Under the pieces are notes generated by a model, which had not been told where the DNA came from, ran no database searches, and saw only the letters and a program-made list of their open reading frames with translations. A program made the translations under genes and the position numbers. DNA of 64,000 bases from Marsupella aquatica (lineage: Eukaryota; Plantae; Marchantiophyta), in assembly GCA_973895155.1 (NCBI GenBank), contig OZ316896.1, positions 6,562,166 to 6,626,165 on the forward strand, in the 5' to 3' direction. Shown one piece after another: positions 1-13,652 of this stretch. Positions within the stretch are counted from its first letter, which is position 1; every line of letters starts with the position of its first letter.

Positions 1-2666
1 GGCTCGTCGGGTCATGGGAAAGGGCTGGACTCAAGGTTGACCGTCTGGACCCCTGGACAGAACTTGAGTTTTGAGAGCTTGAGTGAGAGCTCCTCTTGGG
101 CCCAAGGCTAATGGAATTTACTTCATGCACAACGGACGCTTGGGGCACGAGATACGACCCGACCCAAGTTTGGCCACTTGGGGACCCCAAGCAATAACGG
201 TTTCTGAGAGCCTAGGCATGAGCACTGGGTTGGCTCGATCACAATGGGCTAAGGTACTTCGCCTACGAACGCCTAACTATAAAGTTATGGGCAAAGCCAA
301 TTTGTTGGCGTGCCCAAACATGCGGGTTGGGGTCCAGGTGGGGGGGCCAAAATTTGGGGACCAAAGTATTTTTTGGGGTGACAGGTGTCCAGAAGCATAT
401 ATGAGGGGAGACTTTGTGTCTCCCGGGGGGCTACAAAGTTGTGAGTCGCGGCAGTCGCGACACCAAGGGGAAATGTCAAACAAAAAATGGCAATATCTTC
501 CCAGCGGAAAGTCCATTGGAGAACTTATTGACTGCATTGGAAAGTTCTCAAGGAGGACTAATCCTTGTGAGCTCATCTGGGTCTGGGGATGCCATGGATT
601 TTCAAGGTTTGTAGGGGCTATCTCGCTCATTTGCCAAATCCTGCCAAAATAGCAACCAAGCCGCATTCCATTTCCCAAGGGAGCTTGCGTTGGGGCACTT
701 GAAGCGGAGTGAAGAACTTGGCCCCTAGGCTATCAATTGAGCAAGAACCATGAGTTTGTTGTTAGAGTCGAGTCATTCTGGTCCCGATGTTTTAGGACAA
801 GCTTTAGGATAAGCTACGCTATTTGAGCCATGAGGATGTCCTTGGGGCAGGGCAGTCAATTGGTGATGGATAGATACAAGGGGGAGCCCAGGCTGCACCC
901 AAGGACATTCTAGATGATTCATGGGTGTTGGCTCTAGCTCCGACTTATGGCAAAGGGAGAACCTATCGCTAACCTACTTACCAATGTCTGTTGAGCTTGA
1001 GTTAGGATGCTAGACTTGGGAGATCTAGATCCTTTTGGGGTTACTTATCGGAGTGTTTGGTTGCTTGTGCAAACAGCAAGGACTGCTTAGCAACGGTCAT
1101 GTTAGAGAGTAAGTGCAACTTTGTATGGGAGTGGCCGTCGGGCCAGGGTGCAAGGGGCATCAGGTTGCTTCCTCAAGGAGTTCTGTGGAGGTGTTCGGGC
1201 ACCAAGCCAGGGCACTTAGGCATGGGTCCTGGGACTGGTGAGGCCGATGGGTGGCAAGGTCCACCACTCCGAATGTCAACTAAGTTTCTAACTATGGTCA
1301 ACCTAGTTGCCATAACCTATGACTCACAAGACTAAAAGCAATACTTAACAGGACTGGTCGGAGGCTTCACACAAAGCGCAAATGAGAAAAATGACTAGTA
1401 AATAGAAAATGTTGAAATCTTAAATAGGCGTTGCTGCACTAGCACTAGTCCAAACATGATCATGTTTGGACTCATTTTGAAGCTCTTGATGAGCCCCATG
1501 CATACCGAGGTTCCGTATTTGAGTTCAAGTCTGTATCAAACAACATCATGACAAGGAATTTAATGCTAGTAAAATAACAATCTAGGAGTAGGGATGGTGG
1601 GATGGCCCTAAGAAGGAAGGGCAAACCCACCTTTGTGTGTCCTCTTTCACCCTTTACAAGTTCTCCCATTTTTTGGCTTTCCTTCCCTTCACACTTTGTG
1701 GGGCTCCCACATTTTCCCTTCCCCACACCATGGAAGGGGTCCCCACACTTCCGTCTTCCCTTTTTTTTCACTTGTGGGGTTCTCACCCTGTCTTTGTTGT
1801 GCTTGCTTCCAATGATTGTACGGACCTTGGTCGTACAAATATCAATTTTCAACTGGCTTAGAATGATCTTATTAGGAGCTTGTTACAAAGAGCTCGCTGA
1901 GCTGAATCCAACAAGGTGTGACATAGCCAAAACAAAACTAAGGTGGTAAAGATATAGTAAATTGCGTTTTGATGATAATAATTTTTTGACTTTGGAGCCG
2001 TACGGATGTCTGTACAATAGGGATTGGGGGTCCTAGTTTTTCCCAAAGGTGGAGGAAACAACGACAAAGGTTGGTATCCTTGCTTTGGGAGAAGCCGGGG
2101 CCCCCTTGTGTTGTACAGACAAAACAGAGAGGGGCGATGCCCTGATTGCCGTAAAACTTAAACGGCCGTATCTCGGCCATTTGACCTATGCTTTGTGAAC
2201 CATTTTCAGGGTTGCAATCAGGATGAGCAAGGCTACCCAAATATTTTTTCAGAAGTGGATTTTGAGAAAATTTTAGTTTCAACAATTGTTGAGGCTCCCT
2301 CCTTTTATGACAGATTGGTGGTGAACACCAAGAGGATTGAAGTCGGTAGGTATGGTAGATAGATATAGTATGAAGTTGTGATCTCAAGTGAGTCCCTATT
2401 TAGTGGAGTGGTAGTGGACACCGTTGAAGGCACCGATGGTCTCCCTTAGGATAGGCTAGGGTGGGTGATACATGTGTGTGCTGCATGTTTTAGGTTAGGT
2501 TTGTGATGTAGCAACACCACTAGGATGGCGGTGGCAGTTATCACATTCTATGGTGTGCTTTGGTTTTGAGTATTTAGGGGCAGCCCCCGGTAGGTGCAAG
2601 GGGAAAACTCACTCTAGAAATTTTAGAAGTAAGGATCACACAAGATAGAAGTAGTAGCACTATGTC

Positions 2667-2944
2667 CTCGGGGGTTTCACTTCCACAAAAATGGCACATA
2701 ACGTGCGACGAAGTATATGGTCATTTTATTGATTCAAAGGGAAGACTTAAGAATTTTATGAGAAGAACAATAGGGTCTTTTAAATAAAATTTTGAGACTT
2801 ATAAGAACATTAGGGTCCTTATACCCAAAATTTTAATTTTATAGGGGTTGAAATATAAATATATATTTTCTTACATTTTAGGGGTTTCGAGGCCTAAAAA
2901 CGTCACAGGTGATGGGGAGGCATCCATATAGTGAGACCCCCAAG
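2667..2944. mobile_element. MITE, CTCGGGGG-TIR family, copy 1
   Basis: Starts CTCGGGGGTTTCACT and ends AGTGAGACCCCCAAG. Perfect 8-bp TSD ACTATGTC at 2659-2666 and 2945-2952. Internal sequence is homologous to copies at 29064 and 43821. Confidence 0.9.
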
Positions 2945-3382
2945 ACTATGTCCCATGTAGGCAGGAGTTAGACAGATGACAAGAGGTTGGGTGTCTTTGC
3001 AATGTGCATGTTTTTCTTATCAATAGATATGGATTTGGTTTTACGATTAAAGCTTTGTGTGGTGCCCTTTTTATTGACCCCCATGAGGGGTCCCTTGCAA
3101 ATTCCCTGGCATGAGGATGCGCCATCAGTGAGGATGGTGACAAATAGGACAGAGCAGGTTTTCTAGAAAACAAAAAAGTTGTTGTCATGTTTGTGTCCAT
3201 ATTCGTGTAAATTATAGGGCCCCATGCCGTAAGTATTAAGCGTAAAAAACCAAAATACAAAGGAAGAGATGTCATTTTTTTCACTGTAACCATATTAGTT
3301 ACCTTTCGAGTGTTTTTAAATTGTTAACTGTAATTAATCAATTAGATAATTGCCTCAAAAGTAAATAATGACAAGTAGAAAG

Positions 3383-3600
3383 AAACTCTTCAACCACTCT
3401 AATTTTTACCAAGGTAACATAATAAACCCAACAAACTTTTCAACTTATCTAACATTAATTTTCCAAGGTAACTTAAGAAACCCTTTGGCTATGTACTATG
3501 GATAGAGGAGTAATAAGCAAAGGTAAGAAACACCATAACTACTATAGGTAAAGGAATATCAAGGGACTCTAAGACCTTTCAACTACTATGAAAAAAGTAA
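3383..3600. repeat. Degenerate AT-rich short-period repeats (AAGGTAA / TTCAAC motifs)
   Basis: Recurrent CCAAGGTAAC, AAAGGTAAG and TTCAAC motifs at roughly 50-60 bp spacing. Confidence 0.35.
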
Positions 3601-5750
3601 TGTTTTACATGTATTGTACACATATAAAGGTACTAAGTGAAATTTTTTGCATGGAGAATCACCCTTTGTATTACCATGAATGTACTCATATTTGTCTTCC
3701 ATGAAATTGTCCTAACCACCTTTAAAATTCACTTCATTTAGAATTCTCCATTTAATCTTTGTACTCTTACTCATATATCTATTCTAATGTGCAAATCTTC
3801 ATCGTTCCCAATAGTTCAATAAAAGAAGCTCACATAATCAAGGTGTCCTCAGACTAATTAAGTTTATGGATAAGTTAAGGTTTTGTTCCCTAGTGTATTT
3901 TTGTTGCTAACAAGTTTTACTACAATTTCAACTTGAGAGTCTCTACATAGGGGTTGACTGTGTAGAAGAAGGGGGAGAATGGTGACAGTATTCATCCACA
4001 GAAAAATGGAAGAATGTGTGGGGTAGCCTATAGGACTTGATCAAAAATTGGGGGTGGTTTGTCGATAGACTTGATCAAAATTTACATTTCTGGGACCAGA
4101 AACAAATATACTCATTCCTACGTGTGAAACCATCCAGATAGTGACCTTCCATGTCCCCGTAATACGATACAAATAATTTAGGGAAGAAAAAGGTCTATGT
4201 GTTGTATAAATTATTTGATAAGCAAGTGACAAAACTCTTCTGCAAACTCATCTACTACTAGCTTAGTACCAATGTTTCTTAAGGTAACTTGATTAAGGGG
4301 TTGCCTATCTTGAATGAAACGTAACTTCCCGTCCTTCTTCTTCATAGTAAACAACCAAATCATGCAAGTATGGAGCTTCTGATAGCTCAAGAATCTTAGC
4401 TACTCCATAAATTTTGGCATCAAGGCACGAGGGACTGGAAGAGGTCTCAAGTCCCTTGGAACATATGGCACGTCTATACAAATAATCATTGGGGTTTACT
4501 TCTCTTGGGTTACAACAACCAATCTCATCTAATTAAACAAAAATGCTCTCCCATGCTTACTAATTATCTCCTTAAACCTTTACTGCTCAACTTCCCAAAG
4601 CAACCCATCATCTCCTATCCTAATCTGAGAAAAGGTGTTGCTACCTGAGTTGTGGCTCGGCCCTGGGGTGCCGACGTGGGTCCAATGGATGAAGTAAGAG
4701 GCTTGCTTCCATGGCCCTGTGGTGGAGCCGCAGGTACGTTGTGCCTATTGTTGAGCCGAGTCGCCCATGTGGGCCGGTCCTGGCTGATCTCTTTGTAGCT
4801 GCACATCCAATACTTTGGGCACATGATCAGAATAACTTTGTTGTAGTTCTGAGTCCCTTGGAAACTGTAGATGTAATGTGGCAGGCGGACAAGCCCCCAA
4901 ACTGACAAACACTTTTATCTATCAAAGAATAGTGGAGAGGAAATGTTTTGAAGTGTATGATTTGTTGACTAGCAGGGATATGTCTAGCACATAGTGTTGC
5001 AGGACCACTTCTATGATATGCCTACATAGGCCTCTCTCTATAGAAGCTTGCATGGAATTGTATTGCTGAGGGATCCCACCATGTACCTCTCGCCCAAAAT
5101 GTCAAGTGTAAAATGAGAGTGGGAGGAGGGCCCCGCTCCTCCTTATGCCTCTAGGCCTGGTTCAATCATTTAAGCCCTCATCATTACGCTACCAGTTGCT
5201 GTATTGGAGAAGATTTTCACTCTCAATCTTTGGTCCAAGCTTGATTGTGACTAGGATCGGCTTGCCCATCCTTACTTCGGTCCCAATAGCAATTGCCACT
5301 ACGTATAGGGTAAAGACGGTTTGGTCTGGGGTTACTAGGCTATAACCATTGTGACCAGAAGTGAGGAAATGCTGACCGGCGACAGCTCGGAAGCTTTTCT
5401 GAGCTTTGTGGGAACATGTTTCACACTAGAGCCCAAACAATCATTATCATACGTAATATTTGTCTGGAAAAAAAATTACCAGGTCAGACTTTCCGGGCAT
5501 AAGGTTATAGAAATGGTAGCACCTATTAGAAAAAGCTACACACCGATAACCTTTCTTCCTGTCAGGAATTCGTGCCTCACAATCACTGGGTACTTCAGGT
5601 GTTCTGCCATTGGCTCACATTCTTAATGCCTAACTAATCTATTCCTAGTCTAAGCCACATTATCAACTTAATTCTTGACAATTTTCTAATCAATACGGAA
5701 TGTGGATGGCTAATTGTTAAGTACTGCATGTAGACATGGTTTTGAAATAA

Positions 5751-5826
5751 ATAAGTGTGATTTTCAAACAAACGAGGAATACTAATGGATATAAGTGTGA
5801 TTTTCAAACAAACAAAGAACACTAAT
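5751..5826. repeat. 40-bp-period tandem duplication
   Basis: ATAAGTGTGATTTTCAAACAAAC...ACTAAT at 5751 and 5791. Confidence 0.8.
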
Positions 5827-6094
5827 TGATGCCTTTTGATTGTGGGGGCCTCCTTAGCTTTTTGTTCCTCTTTGGTCTTTTGGGGGCCTTCCCCCCCCTT
5901 TATTGTGCTGTTTTGCCTTAGGGATCCTGTCTCCCAGTTTGGAGTTTATGTCCCCTTTGTATTTTGAAATAATTCTGAGTTCAAAGGTTTTGATTGAGAA
6001 CCCATCCAAGCTTATCACTTTAACATATGGCATTTATTGGGAAACGAGCCCTATGCCAGTGCGTTGCATAGTGCAAGGAGGGCCGGCCCATATT

Positions 6095-6420
6095 GGAGGG
6101 AGCATTTGCAAGGGGGAATTGTCCATAATGAAGGGAGGGAGGGAATTGCTAAGGTAGAGGGGATTTGAGAGGGAGGAAGGGAATGATGAGGCACGGAGGG
6201 GAGGGGGTCCATAATTAAGGCATGGAGGGGAGGGGATGGACTGACGGAGGCGTGGGGGGAGCATTTGCGACGAAGGGAGGGAATGATGAGGCATGGAGGG
6301 GAGGGGGAATGATGAGGCATCGTTATCCCCTCATTGATGGCGATGCGAGGGTCCGGCGTGAGGCACATATTCGCAAGGCACATACGCGCGAGGCAGGCAT
6401 AGGCGTGAGGCAGGCATAGA
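6095..6420. repeat. GA-rich low-complexity degenerate repeat
   Basis: GGGAATGATGAGGCA x3, GGGAGCATTTGC x2, GTCCATAAT x2. Confidence 0.6.
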
Positions 6421-6603
6421 GGGACCGGATGATATTGTTGGGAGTGGAAGCTGGTAGTGGAAGCCCTCGTGAGTGAATCAAATGGATACAATAAATCCAC
6501 TCAAATATCTAAAGGTCCCGCCTATATTGGATTTTGTAAGGGGAGAAAGAACTAAAATGGAAAGATTGCCTATTAGAGTTGTAGATGGGTTTCGCATAAA
6601 GCC

Positions 6604-6669
6604 CTTCCTTACATCGGACCGTCTATTTCCCTTAAAGCGCTTCCTTACATCGGACCATCTATTTCCCTT
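6604..6669. repeat. 36-bp-period tandem duplication
   Basis: CTTCCTTACATCGGACCRTCTATTTCCCTT at 6604 and 6640. Confidence 0.8.
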
Positions 6670-6701
6670 TGCCAACAATTTGGTGCTGATAATCCGAGTG
6701 C

Positions 6702-6811
6702 TGTTAGACTCTACCTTTGACCGGACGACCGGACCAGCCGGTCACCCTGGTCCCACTATATGTAGTCCTATTCCCGACTATACACATGTTCATTCCATTC
6801 ATATTCTTACA
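6702..6811 (+). repeat. 5' LTR of copia element
   Basis: TGTTAGACTC...TTCTTACA, repeated at 13543-13652. Confidence 0.95.
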
Positions 6812-6825
6812 CGTTATCAGCACGA
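6812..6825 (+). promoter_or_regulatory. Primer binding site, half-tRNA-Ile type
   Basis: Reverse complement TCGTGCTGATAACG matches the tRNA-Ile(IAU) anticodon arm as I recall it (TCGTGCTAATAACG), with G at the inosine position. Confidence 0.7.
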
Positions 6826-8560
6826 AAGCTTAACGAGCGGAGAGCAGAGCAGAGAATTGAGAATGATAAGAAACAACGATAAGGCGATAACATTTTTTTT
6901 CCAAAAAACGAAGGAGAGGGGTAAGCAATGCAAAGCGAAAGGGTTCGACGATTTACTGACTGAATTTAGGACTCCGACGATTAAGAGAAAGAAGGTCTTG
7001 ATGAAGCATCGAAGAGATTGAGAAGGAAACTTTCGAAGGCTTACGGAAATCAGAGGTGATAAGGAGCATTGAATCATTAACAAATTACAAGGCTCCAAAT
7101 GAGTCGGTCTATCACAGGCGCAGCGAGAAAGGACAATGAGGATGCCATAAGAACTTTTGAAAATAGAGGAGAACCGAGAATGATAAGAAACACTTCGAAG
7201 GACGAAGCCCGAAATCGAAAGAGAAGCCAAAGCAGAAACAAAATCTCATAAGGAATTAGAGACAAAACGAGATCGAGAAGCAAAGAAAAAAAAAGGAAAG
7301 AAAGCCCTGGATGAAGCATCAACCTGCGCTCTTCCAATTGCTCTTTGATAAGGAAGGCATCGATCTGCATTCTTTCAATTCGCTCTCGATAAGGAGAAAA
7401 ATGAGGAGAAACGATAAGGACGAGAAGAAGAAGACAATGATAATCTCATAAGGATCAAAGAAAGCAGGCAGCATCGCGACTCCATAAACATAGGCTGAGT
7501 GGAACAATTGAGAGGAATCCATAAGAGCAGCGAAGCAGGAAAAGCGAGACAGACCATAAGGACTTAAAGAGCAGATAGAAAAGAAGAGAAACAGATCAAT
7601 CATCGAAGGAAGGAAGAAGAGACACCTGAAGATCGATAGAGAAAAGGAGAGGGCACGATCCTATTGCAGCTTCATAAGGACCCAAAAATTTCATAAGGAT
7701 CGAAGCAGGATTAAGAACGACCGAGTAAGGCAGATCCGAGAAAGAGGATCGGAGGCAAACATTCAACAACTGTGAGCACTTTCAGAAATGAAATTTTTAA
7801 CAAGGACATTGACGAATCAATGAAAGAAGCGCAACATCGTTCGAAGACGATAAGGACAACCTGAGAGAGACAGCATCGATCGAAACCGAGAAGGGGCAGC
7901 ATCGAAAACACTCAATCAGGGCAGTATCGAATGAGAGATCGCCTACCAAAGACGCAACAAGAATGGATCAGAGACTCGCCAGAGAGAGAGACACGGGATT
8001 AAGAAAAGCGTTGGACACCTAGCAAACATTCGGACTTCGAGGACACCTCACAATTGCAGCAATAGCCCCACCATAGCCAAGACATCGAAGGAGATTCGAA
8101 GGGCAGCAGAAGCGCGCATAGGGGCCACCAAGAGGGGAGATTGCACTACATTTCATCGAGAAAACGTCAAGTCCGATCAAAAACTGCTAAGTGCACCACC
8201 TATAACCGCAAAACCTCCATAAGTGCATTTCGTAACAAAGGAAATCAACTCTACAAAGCCACATGTGCACTTAACCAAGTCACGAGTAAATTACCACCCA
8301 TAACTGCACAAACTGCACAATTCCATTACTGCATAGTTTAACAAAGGAAAAAGCAAATACAAAGGAAACTTTGCAGTTAACTAAATAGCAAGGAAAACCT
8401 AAATCCTAAGTGCAAACCCTAAAATTGAATTCCAGATTTGCATGCTCTCCCCACCCAGCCCCACTTTGCATGCCGCAGAAATGTGCTTTGTTGTTTCTTA
8501 CTATACTTACTAGTATATAAGCCTCAACTACCATTAAAAGGAATCAAGCCACCAAACCCG

Positions 8561-11500
8561 ATGACCAACCTAGAGAAATTAACATTTCCAGCCCTAGACA
8601 TCGATGGTAGCAACTACCTGGAATGGTCAATGAACCTCAGAGAGAACCTTATCTCGCTAACCCTACTCCCAGCTATAGGGATGGCTCAACCTATACTAGC
8701 TGGCGAACCCCAACCAGACCCGTTAACTAAAGCCAACGAATCTAAGGCCCTTGTATTCCTTAGACGCCATATCCATAGATTCCTACAAAGACAATACATG
8801 CACCTCTCAACCCCTCGTGAACTTTGGACAGCGCTCCAAACCCGATTCGATCACCAAAAATTGGTTGAACTACCTAAAGTCAGACAAGACTGGCTAAACC
8901 TACGAGTCCAAGACTTTACCTCTATTTCAGCCTACAATAGCGAACTCTTTAGAATAACATCAACCCTCGCACTATGTGGCGAGCCGGTCATAGACAAGGA
9001 TTTGCTAGAGAAGACCTTGTTGACATTTCATTCATCGAATGTGTGGCTATCAACACAGTATCGAAACATGAAGTTCGGGCAATACTCCTAGCTCATAGCC
9101 CACCTCCTAGTCACCGAAAGAAACCAAGAACTTCTTTTCGTAAACTCTAGAAAACGACCTGCGGGCACAATGCCCTCAGGACAACAAAATGAAACCCATA
9201 ACATAGAAAATGATGAACCCTCCACATCAAGGCAAGGCATTAAACGCACTAAGAATAGCAACCGGAGAAACACCTACAACAGGGGGAGTTTCTATAACCA
9301 ACGTCCACAATAAAACTCCCAACAAACCTTTAGAGGATGTGGTGGACGAGAAGGACGTGGAGGAGGAGGAGGACGTGGTGGACGTGGCGGACGCGGAGGA
9401 CGCAGCGGTGGTAGAACATATAACAACAACCGTAGAAATGATTGGTCATAACCCCGACAACAACGGGAACGACCGAAATGCCATGCATGTGGCATGACCA
9501 ACCACCTAGCCAGAAACTGTAGAATCCCGCAACACCTTAAAGAGCTATATCAACAATCCCTCAGGGACGGACAAACCTCTAGGGCACCACCCCGTGAAAC
9601 CCACGGGGCGTTCATGGAATCTAGTGATCCATTCCAAGACTTCTCAGACCTACCCGCCCAACCCGAGGCACACTTAGTGGCAAGTAGCTCCACTACACCA
9701 GATTTAAATAGTCCAAGCACATGTATTATCGACAGTGCGACCACGCTGCATACCATCCTCAGGGATAGGCACCTTTTCCACAAGATTACACCCTCACGTA
9801 GATCCCTGACCACTATAAATGGCCCTAGCCAAATAGAAGAAGGCTTCGGCCCAGCTTCCATTAGACTACCGCAGGGTACAGCGATTCACATAGAATCTGC
9901 CATTTTCGCCCCGAACGCAACCCGTAATCTCCTCAGTTTTAGAGATATACGAGCAAATGGACTACATGTCCAGACAGGCAATACAAGAGACCAGGAAGTG
10001 ATACACTTGGTTGAAAATACCCCTATGGGGAAAATCATTAAAGAAACCCTTTTCTCGTACCCTTGCGGGTTTTATGTAACCCATATTGAATGCCTGCATA
10101 ACAATGCTCAAACAAGTGAATTGCCCGCGCTTTGGCATGCACGCCTCGGCCACCCCGGCCAATCAATGCTAAGCAAAATAATTAAGAACTCAAGTGGCAT
10201 TCCAATCAATACACGCCACATTCCAGCTAGCACCCCATGCACTGCATGCTCACGCGGAAAATTAATAACAAGGCCCACGGCATCAAAATTGCCAACCAAC
10301 ATACCCAAATTCTTGGAAATAATCCACGCCGATGTTTGCGGGCCAATTAACCCTCCGAGCAGACCTTTCCGCTACTTTATGGTATTAATCGACGCATCAA
10401 CTAAATGGTCAAATGTGACACTACTTTCAACGAGGAACATGGTTATGCCTCGGATTTTGGCGCAAATCCTGCGCGTGAAAGCACAATTCCCAGACCACCC
10501 CATTAAGACACTAAGAGTGGACAATGCAGGGGAATTCACATCTGAAACATTTGACGACTTTTGCACATCACTTGGCATAGACGTACAATATCCTGTACCT
10601 CACATGCATTTTCAGAATGGATTAGCTGAAGCGGTCATTAAACACCTTCAGTTAATTGCACGCCCATTACTAATGCAGTCAAAACTCCCCGTCTCAGCAT
10701 GGGGACACGCCATATTACAGGCTAATGCATTAATCCAATACCGCCCATCGGCTTTTAATACCTACAGCCCATACCAAATTGCTAATGGTATAAAACCTGA
10801 CTTATCCCACCTTCGTTCATTTGGATGTCAAGTAATGGTCCCCATTACTTCACCCAAACGATCTAAGATGGGACCCCAACGACAGTTGGGGATATACATC
10901 GGATTCGACTCTCCGTCCATAATCCGATATATGGAGCCTACAACTGGCGACGTTTTTAAATCTAGATTCCTAGATTGCCATTTTGATGAACATGTTTATC
11001 CACCGTTAGTAACCCCTGAACACCCACAACCACCTTTGGAGTGGGAAAGACACTTGTCATTTTGGCAAGACCTTAGAACCAATCAAGGGGAGAAAGAAGT
11101 TCAGTGAATTTTGCAACTCCACAAGATTGTGGAAGAACTTCCAGACGCTTTTGTCGATACATCACAAGTTATCCGCTCACATATTCCAGCTGCGAGAGCA
11201 CCTGCTCGCATCGAATTATCAAGTGAGCCAGCAAATACATCCCAACCTCGTGCCAAACGTGGCAGACCCTTGGGATCAAAGGATAAACAACCAAGAAGGC
11301 GTGGTTCATCTATACCACCTTCACCTAATGTCGATCATACCGAATCCACAACTCATGAAGAGATTTCTATCCACTACGCACACACCGGTACGATGTGGGA
11401 TAGAAATACTACTTCAATAGATGATGCTTTTGCATTAATGGTGGCAACACATATTACTGACGATACACCCGAACCAATATCTATCTTAGAATGCCAAAAT

Positions 11501-13231
11501 AGACCAGATTGGCCTGAATGGCAAAAAGCTATAAATAGAGAATTAGATTCCCTACTCAGCAGACACACTTTTGGCCCAGTCAAGCCAACACCGCAAGACG
11601 TACACCTAATTGGCTACAAGTGGACATTTGTCCGCAAAAGAAATGATAAAGGCCAAGTTATACGCTATAAAGCACGTCTGGTAGGGAAAGGATTTACACA
11701 ACAACCGGGAATTCATTACGATGAAACCTATTCACCGGTTATGGATAGCACAACATTCCGATATCTTATCAGATTTGCCATTTTCCATAAACTATAAATG
11801 CGACAATTGGATGTTGCAACTGCATATCTATATGGCACTTTAGACACTTGTCTGTACATGTGATCACCTCCCGAGTTGGAGCAACGTCGCCGAGCTTTAG
11901 CTCAAGGCGCTAAATCGCATATTCCATATTTACATAAGATTATAAAACAATTATCTCAAGTTACACCTCATGTGTCATCTACACATGTAACTCATAATAA
12001 CGACACCGCTGTATCAACTGTACGGAATACTCGCCGCGGACTAGCTATCCGCGTGTTGAAGGCATTATATGGCGTGAAACAAAGTGGCAGAGTATGGTAT
12101 CAAAGATTTACTGATGAAATGATTGCCATGGGTTTTTCCCATGATGCCATTACACCATGTTTATTTATTAAACATGTGGATGATGAATATGTCATCGTTT
12201 CTATTTATGTTGATGACTTAAATATATTTGGGACACCCCAACTTACAGAAGATACTATTACCAGCCTTAAATCCACATTTGAGATGAAAGACCTTGGACA
12301 TACAAACTTTTGCTTAGGCTTACAACTAGAGATCCTACCCACTGGCATGATGCTCCATCAAACAACACAAACTGAAAAGATCCTAAAACAGTTCAATATG
12401 AACCTAACACACCCATTGACATCACCAATGGTTGTACGTTCATTAGAAAACAATACTGATGTTTTTCGCAAACACGAAGAACACGAACCACTATTAAGAC
12501 CAGAAACTCCGTATCTTTCTGCGATAGGAGCATTAATGTACCTAGCAAATCAGACTAGGCCAGACATTGCATTTGCAGTTAACTTACTAGCCAGACACAG
12601 TGCAACTCCCATAGCCAGACACTGGAACGGAGTTAAACACGTATTTAGATATCTACGTGGAACCACCGATACCGGGTTATTTTACCCATTCGGTACAAAC
12701 CACGAACTCATAGGATATGCGGATGCCGGATATCTCTCCGACACTGACACCGCAAAATCCCAAACTGGATATGTTTTTACTATAGGGGATACCGCTTTTT
12801 CTTGGAAAAGCGTGAAACAGACCCTAACAACAACCTCATCGAATCACTCAGAAATCTTAGCTCTACATGAGGCTAGTCGTGAAGCCGTTTGGTTACGATC
12901 CTTTATAAACCACATCAACACCAAATGCGGCCTACCATCACTAACAAAGCCTACTAACATTTTTGAGGATAACGCAGCATGTATACAGCAGATCACGAAA
13001 GGATTCATCAAAGACGATCGTGTGAAGCATTTAGCTCCAAAGTTTTTCTACACCCACGAATTACATGGAAAAGAGATCAACATTTTGCAAATTTCAAGTG
13101 CAGACAACTGTGCGGATCTCTTCACCAAATCACTATCGCCATCAGTTCATCACCGACACTGCCAGGCGATTGGACTACGGAGCGTGCGACGCATGATGAT
13201 CGTGGAGGCTACTGCTCCACATGATACTTGA
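8561..13231 (+). pseudogene. Copia gag-pol polyprotein, single frame with 5 premature stops
   Basis: Gag (FPALDIDGSNYLEW), RGG tract, zinc knuckle CHACGMTNHLARNC, protease IIDSATT, GAG-pre-integrase LWHARLGHPG, integrase HADVCGP / RVDNAGEF / NGLAE, RT YVDDL, RNase H YADAGY / FEDNAAC / ADLFTK. In-frame stops at 9089, 9311, 11105, 11795, 11861. Confidence 0.95.
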
Positions 13232-13542
13232 TGATGCTGACGACATGTTGTTGACGACCGACTGATGAAATAGATGTTAAAGCTAGATTTACTATAGCAT
13301 CTAACTTTATACACTATTGACATTTATTACGACGAGGACTATTAGGCTGCACTCTTTTTCCTTTAGCACTCATATTTTTCTCTGCTACACTGGTAGAGTT
13401 TTTACTAAACTAGAGTTGATAAAGGTTTTTTAACGAGACAGTTTACCTCGATTGTATTTATATCATGTATATCCTATGAACATGATATAATAGGTATAGT
13501 CTATGTTGTCTATATAGTTGTCACTATATATCCAAAGGGGAG

Positions 13543-13652
13543 TGTTAGACTCTACCTTCGACCGGACGACCGGACCAGCCGGTCACCCTGGTCCCACTAT
13601 ATGTAGTCATATTCCCGACTATACACATGTTCATTCCATTCATATTCTTGCA
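13543..13652 (+). repeat. 3' LTR of copia element
   Basis: Preceded by PPT AAAGGGGAG and followed by TSD AGTGC. Confidence 0.95.

Larger units (their letters stand above)
6702..13652 (+). mobile_element. Full-length Ty1/copia LTR retrotransposon, Bianca-like
   Basis: 110-bp TG..CA LTRs at 6702-6811 and 13543-13652 with 3 mismatches. 5-bp TSD AGTGC at 6697-6701 and 13653-13657. PBS CGTTATCAGCACGA, PPT AAAGGGGAG, domain order gag-PR-IN-RT-RH. Confidence 0.95.

Noticed and set aside
83-2400. Several 100-190-aa ORFs at the window start
   Set aside because: No recognisable motifs and overlapping frames on both strands. Probably decayed TE or intergenic DNA.
6034-6500. Pro/Ser-rich ORFs
   Set aside because: Products of the GA-rich low-complexity repeat.
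6473-7021. 182-aa ORF
   Set aside because: Crosses the flank, LTR and PBS junctions, so it is a chance frame.
11898-11912. TAGCTCAAGGCGCTA resembling the 15-bp palindrome
   Set aside because: Single degenerate match inside copia RT coding sequence, likely coincidence.
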